A DNA stretch of 64,000 nt from assembly GCA_051362555.1 (NCBI GenBank), contig CM120643.1, positions 17,302,848 to 17,366,847 of the forward strand, read 5' to 3'. The stretch comes from Lingula anatina (lineage: Eukaryota > Animalia > Brachiopoda). Positions within the stretch are counted from its first letter, which is position 1. Every line of letters starts with the position of its first letter. The notes under the pieces were generated by a model, which searched no databases, was not told the origin of the DNA, and saw only the letters and a program-made list of their open reading frames with translations. This document shows, piece by piece, positions 63,561 through 64,000 of this stretch. Both the position numbers and the translations under genes were made by a program.

Positions 63561-64000
63561 GATCAAACAGAAACAAACAATATCCGTGCAAGATTCACAG
63601 AAGTTTTTAATTTTGTAATTTTATGGAAACTATGTAGTTCAAAGTTCAAAAAGGTTCCATGGTGTAGTTATGGAATTTGATAAAAATTATGTAGATGAAG
63701 GTTCAATGAGGTTTTAAATATGAGTTATGGAATTTGCTGGAAAAAATGTATATAGTTCAAAATTCAAAAAGCTTCTTGATTAAAGGTAAAGAATAAAACA
63801 TTTTTTTAAACTTATTCACCATCAGTCTCTTAATCTAAATTTTTGAGAGTATAAAGTAATTTGATTACCACCTTTGAATTTCTTGATATATTCACTAGGT
63901 AGATAGTTACTGGAATATAGTCTAAGATTGATAAAATTAATGGTACTATTGGAACACCCTGAAGCCATGTTAAATAAAAAGCGATATGTTATTTCATGTA

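Noticed and set aside
1-64000. tRNA, rRNA or snRNA genes, or an autonomous transposase/RT
   Set aside because: None recognised by eye. A covariance-model search (tRNAscan-SE or Infernal) would be needed to exclude small RNAs.

Overview
AT-rich, intron-containing animal genomic DNA. It is probably a lophotrochozoan or mollusc-like invertebrate, inferred from composition and repeat types only. I reconstructed seven protein-coding genes by hand from GT-AG splice sites: NAAA (-, 10 exons, 1205-8311); an atypical Rab-like GTPase (+, 2 exons, 11491-13078); an M14A procarboxypeptidase (-, 11 exons, 17467-35187); SLC7A6OS/Iwr1 (-, 5 exons, 40740-44004); OXA1L (+, 9 exons, 44206-52693); an intronless GALNT-family glycosyltransferase (+, 44857-46620); and a TSSK-like CAMK-group pseudokinase (+, 11 exons, 55151-62028). 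The most notable features are: (1) the intronless GALNT lies inside intron 1 of OXA1L on the same strand, behind a ~200-bp SLC7A6OS/OXA1L bidirectional promoter; (2) three separate genes carry short tandem arrays that copy an exon-intron junction and create decoy splice sites; (3) several proteins have non-canonical catalytic or specificity residues; (4) three perfect CRE palindromes at an exact 18-bp period follow the carboxypeptidase stop codon. Many MITEs and microsatellites are also present. No database searches were run, so family calls rest on motif recognition.
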